From the NCBI GenBank assembly GCA_964016885.1, contig OZ024755.1:4030001-4094000 (forward strand): a DNA stretch of 64,000 nt. Reading direction: 5' to 3'. The notes below the pieces were generated by a model. That model did not search any database. It was given only the letters and a program-made list of their open reading frames with translations, and was not told where the DNA came from. This DNA comes from Eledone cirrhosa. Lineage: Eukaryota. Position 1 is the first letter of the stretch. Each line of letters begins with the position of its first letter. Position numbers and translations under genes: made by a program. Shown piece by piece: positions 56,453 through 64,000 of this stretch.

Positions 56453-56877
56453 CAATTCACCGTCTATTAGAATCGACTGTCGCTATCTTAATTGAAACAA
56501 ACACATCAGGCGGGAGGAGGTGATGACGATAACATCTTCTTGTTGAGAGACAAACCACAAGATACATTAGATTCAACAGAATAACACTTGTCATTGGAAT
56601 AAGCTAATCTTCAACTGGGTCTGTTTTATATGGAAATTGGTGAACGTATGTGTAAGCCGATACTTAGGTGTGAATGTGTGTATGGTGTGTGTGTGTGTGT
56701 ATGTGCTGTCTGTGTGTGGTGTGTGTATGTGCTGTCTCTGTATGTGTGGTGTGTGACTGTTTGTCAGCGTCAATCTCTGTAGAAACATTTGCATGTATAC
56801 GTGTATATCCGTATTTACGTAACTTATACCCGTGTATCTGCATATGTGCTGGTAAATATCGCTTTGTAATGTACTTT

Positions 56878-59851
<2,974 letters not shown>

Positions 59852-60473
59852 AAAGATGGATACCCATCTTCAGCTGCACACTTTATCTCAACACACTATA
59901 ACACATTATACATCAGACAGGCAGACAGACAGACAGAGAGACAGACAGAGAGACAGAGAGACAGCACTTAAAATTCATGTACAGACTGTTCTGTTGATCG
60001 GATCAACTGGAACACTCATCGTCGCAACCGACGGAATGCCTCAGTTAGTTATGTACTTAGTGTATGTATGTTGATGAGTAATAAAACACAACCACTCCTC
60101 TCGACTATATCATTTCCACCTGTAGAGTATTTTAAGAGGTCAGCTTAATTTGAAAGGTAAATAGAAGTTAGGTGGGCGACAGCACAACAAGACGCAGGTG
60201 GGTAATAAAGAGAAAAGAACTATTACAGTCAATGGGGATATGAAGAAAATAATAGGATAGAATGTTTGTGAATTGCCTAACATTCCTTCCTGTTCGGTCA
60301 CAATTAATATAACAATGTCACAGGCAGGTATTTATAGTCATGTGAAGGTATGAAAGCCTCACACACACACCTTCCGCCCTTCCTGCTCGGACAACCTGTC
60401 TCCTTCTACCCTCCCCCCTCCACTTCACCTCCCCCATGTATGTAAAAGGTAAACAGAAATAACAACACACACA

Positions 60474-60567
<94 letters not shown>

Positions 60568-61066
60568 GACATATATATACATGTACATTTTGCTCCTTTA
60601 ATATATTTTTCATAATTGATTATAATATTTAGTTGAGCTCTTTTTTTATCTAATTCCTGTATCACATTGGAAAAACAATATTTGGGTACTTCGTTGAAGA
60701 ATATTCCAATTCCACCTAAAGATGAATATCTACTCTTACTCAAGTATATCTCTAAGGACTTGATTTTTTATTTCATTGTTTTAACTTATATCATGACTCT
60801 GTTTTCCTTTTAAAGTTTTATTGTTTTCTGAGATTTATCTTAACCTACAACATTTTCAACATTTGGATTACATTGAGTTCTTCATACAGAATAGACTCCT
60901 CAACTTACAGTGGATACCTCTGTGTATATAAATATATATATATACAGTATATATCAGTCTTGTTTGAGGTTTCTGTGAGAAGCAGGTGAAACTGCGAGTT
61001 ATAAGACATTTCACTTGGCCATTTAATGAACACACACACGCAGACACACACACATATATATATATC

Positions 61067-61263
61067 CAGAGTTGACATTGTACTCAGTGCTCCTGTGGGA
61101 GCCCCTACAAGGACACACTGGAAGAGGAAGACCAAGGTTAATGTTGATGCCCTAAGGACAGACACTGGTCTGTTGGAGACGCAGGACATGGCAGCGATAA
61201 TGAGGGACAGAGACCGCTGAAGAAAACTCGTCCATGGATCTCGGGAATTTTACCCGCCCTAGA
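61067..61263 (+). pseudogene. RTE-clade LINE 3' fragment, frameshifted
   Basis: Translates VLLWEPLQGHTGRGRPR, then after a shift VDALRTDTGL...MRDRDR*RKL, matching the typical RTE C-terminal RGRP..D..M.DR..W pattern. Confidence 0.75.
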
Positions 61264-61645
61264 TATATATATATACAATGATATTCAATAAATGGAAACT
61301 ATATTTATAAAACCATATTTATTTTATTTTATATATTTCAAGGGTACCAAGACAACATTTGTACGCTATCATCAGATAAAATACAAAGTTTATTTTATAA
61401 ATAGAGACATACCCATGAAAATCATACCTTATCGGTTGGAAATCCACTGGATAGTGAATATCATTGAATATTTACTCCAGTAACTTGTTGAGTTCTCGAA
61501 ATCAGTTATAAACATTTATATTTGTCGGACTTCCAACAAATTAAATACCACCTCTACTTATTTATTTATTGTAAGAAACGTTAAGGGTTAAAGCAGCGAT
61601 TCATGGCTTAAACTTTAATCTGTTCTTATAATAAATATTTGCTCT

Positions 61646-61680
<35 letters not shown>

Positions 61681-61684
<4 letters not shown>

Positions 61685-61725
61685 AATAAGTATGACCCCG
61701 ACGGCAGAGCTCAAGCCGTTTCGAC
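61681..61725 (-). mobile_element. Family A short fragment in (TA)n
   Basis: TAGGAATAAGTATGACCCCGACGGCAGAGCTCAAGCCGTTTCGAC is near-identical to 38321-38365. Confidence 0.7.
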
Positions 61726-61940
61726 TATATATATATATATATATATATATGAGTGTGTGTATAGTAAGGCACACTGAAAAGTTCAGACTGACTATAAAGG
61801 AGTGATATATATATATATATATTTACATATATATATATATATGTGTTGTGTTACCACTTCTACCTAACTCGTCCCATGGACTGAGTGCTCTACCACTACG
61901 GATATTACCTTCCAGTCTTCTACCACTATATATATATAAA

Positions 61941-62030
61941 CAGGATGTCCCCAAAAATGTATATACATATTTATTACAATGTTGTTGAAGTGTGTATACA
62001 TTTTTTTTTGGGGGGGGGTAGTACATCCTG
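61941..62030. mobile_element. MITE of the same family as 47693
   Basis: CAGGATGTCCCCAAAAATGT...GTTGAAGTGTGTATACATTTT...ACATCCTG. Confidence 0.75.
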
Positions 62031-62394
62031 AATATATATATCATAAGCCATGTGCCATAACACAACAGCAATAACTATTTTCTATATCCTTAACTTGTTT
62101 GTATATATAACACTAACATTAGTTTTTCACCAGAGTTTCTAGATGAAACATACTTTAAAGGTTATTTCTGTGGCATCACTTCAGATAATAGTGACCTCCT
62201 GTCAAATATTGTGCTAGAAAATTAAATTATAATTCAGGAGTTGAAAAATGCCTTTAAATAGTCGTAGAAAGTGAATAAAATATCCTATAAATAGTGGTTA
62301 ATTTATAGGTAAAAATCGAACTGAAAGGGAGTTATGGGAAGATGAGTCATAAACACAATTTCCAACACAATCCATTTTTACCTACAAAATCAGG

Positions 62395-62438
<44 letters not shown>

Positions 62439-62535
62439 TCAGCGAGATTCGTATTTCGGCTGGTAGAAAAAGCGAAACGAAACGCAAAATCGTATATATA
62501 TATATATATATATAGTGTGTGTGTGGGGGGGGGGG

Positions 62536-62724
62536 TGTCACATTGTGGTAGGAAATTAAATTTTAGTTTTTGGTGTTGAGAAGTTCTTTAAATAGATGTA
62601 AAATAGAACGAACCAATATATATATATATATATATTTATATAGTGGTTCGTTCTACTTTTACATCTATTTAAAGAACTTCTCAACACCAAAAACTAAAAT
62701 TTAATTTCCTACCACAATGTGACA
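62536..62724. repeat. Inverted repeat (~80-bp arms) with a (TA)n centre
   Basis: TGTCACATTGTGGTAGG...GAACGAACCA / TGGTTCGTTC...CCACAATGTGACA. Confidence 0.9.
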
Positions 62725-62771
62725 GCATGTATGTCAAGATTGCTAAAGTTATCACCCATGAATAAACCTCT

Positions 62772-62938
62772 CCAAACACCACCATACCACTCCCCAACAC
62801 CACCATACCACTCCCCAAACACCACCATACCACTCCCCAAACACCACCGTACCACTCCCCAAACACCACCGTACCACTCCCCAAACACCACCGTACCACT
62901 CCCCAAACACCACCATACCACTCCCCAAACACCACCAT
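62772..62938. repeat. 22-bp tandem repeat
   Basis: Unit ACCACTCCCCAAACACCACC(A/G)T. Confidence 0.9.
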
Positions 62939-63094
62939 ATATATAGGTGTTTCTTTGTCATTTCGTTCTCCTTCAATAAATATAGACAAAGATTGTGAGA
63001 AGAAAGGTTTGAAACAACTGACAAACCTAAGCAAGGCGGGAAAGAGAGAGAGGTCTTCTTTACGTGTCTCTTGCTGGCTTGTTGTTGTTGTTAT

Positions 63095-63790
63095 TGGTGG
63101 TGGTGGTGGTACTGGTGGTGGTGGTACTAGTGGTGGTAATGGTGGTGGTGGTGGTAGTGGTGGTGGTGGTGGGGGTAATGGTGGTGGTGGCGGTACTGGT
63201 GGTAGTAATGGTGGTGGTGGTACTGGTGATGGTGGTGGTGGTACTAGTGGTGGTAATGGTGGTGGTGGTGGTACTGGTGGTAATGGTGGTGGTGGCGGTA
63301 CTGGTGGTAGTAATAGTGGTGGTGGTAATGGTGGTGGTGGCGGTACTGGTGGTAGTAATGGTGGTGGTGGTAATGGTGGTGGTGGTGGTACTGGTGGTGG
63401 TGGTGGTGGTGGTGGTAATGGTGATGGTGGTGGTGGTACTAGTGGTGGTAATGGTGGTGGTGGTGGTGGTACTGGTGGTAATGGTGGTGGTGGCGGTACT
63501 GGTGGTAGTAATAGTGGTGGTGGTAATGGTGGTGGTGGTACTGGTGGTGGTGGTGGTGGTAATGGTGGTAATGGTGGTGGTGGTGGTAATGGTGGTAATG
63601 GTGGTGGTGGTAGTAATGGTGGTGGTGGCGGTACTGGTGGTAGTAATAGTGGTGGTGGTAATGGTGGTGGTGGTACTGGTGGTGGTGGTGGTGGTAATGG
63701 TGGTAATGGTGGTGGTGGTGGTAATGGTGGTGGTGGTGGTGATGGTGGTACTAATGGTGGAGGTAATGGTGGTGGTGGTGATAATGTTGG
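63095..63790. repeat. (GGT)n-based compound trinucleotide repeat
   Basis: GGT runs interrupted by AAT/ACT/AGT. Confidence 0.95.
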
Positions 63791-64000
63791 TGTCCAATCA
63801 GAGAGGGGGATAATAACGCTTGCTAACTTCCTTCTTCTTGCTGTTGTTGTCGTTGTTGTTGTTATTTCTCATTCTGTTTACCTGTATCTATTTACCTGGT
63901 TTCTAATCTAGGCCCAAGGTCAACAGTTTATCCTACTCCCCCCTCCTTCACCATTTTATCCTACTCCCCCCTCCTTGACACTCACTCTATATCAACTGTC

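Noticed and set aside
62955-63911. 318-aa glycine-rich ORF
   Set aside because: A (GGT)n repeat open in several frames, with no codon variety, signal peptide or splice support.

Overview
AT-rich animal genomic DNA dominated by (TA)n/(CA)n/(TATG)n microsatellites, minisatellites and interspersed repeats, with a 200-N assembly gap at 18277-18476. The repeat content suggests a coleoid cephalopod such as Octopus (inference). No host protein-coding exon can be supported; almost all listed ORFs are simple-repeat artefacts. The only real coding element is a full-length Tx1/L1-clade LINE (about 5906-11935): ORF1 has a CCHC knuckle and ORF2 is an uninterrupted APE-RT-zinc finger ORF. Four things stand out. 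(1) Several distinct families of short non-coding elements carry type I hammerhead-ribozyme motifs, mostly inside (TA)n tracts and often as inverted pairs, resembling Penelope pseudo-LTRs or retrozymes. (2) The LINE 3' end (CCTTGTG-N8-AGAAATC) is shared with the abundant tRNA-derived SINE, a probable SINE-LINE partnership. (3) The LINE 5' UTR is strongly structured and contains an AUG one base out of frame with ORF1. (4) Two 29-bp minisatellites arise from the SINE tRNA head. MITEs and RTE- and CRE-clade fragments are also present. All structures were read by eye; none was computed.
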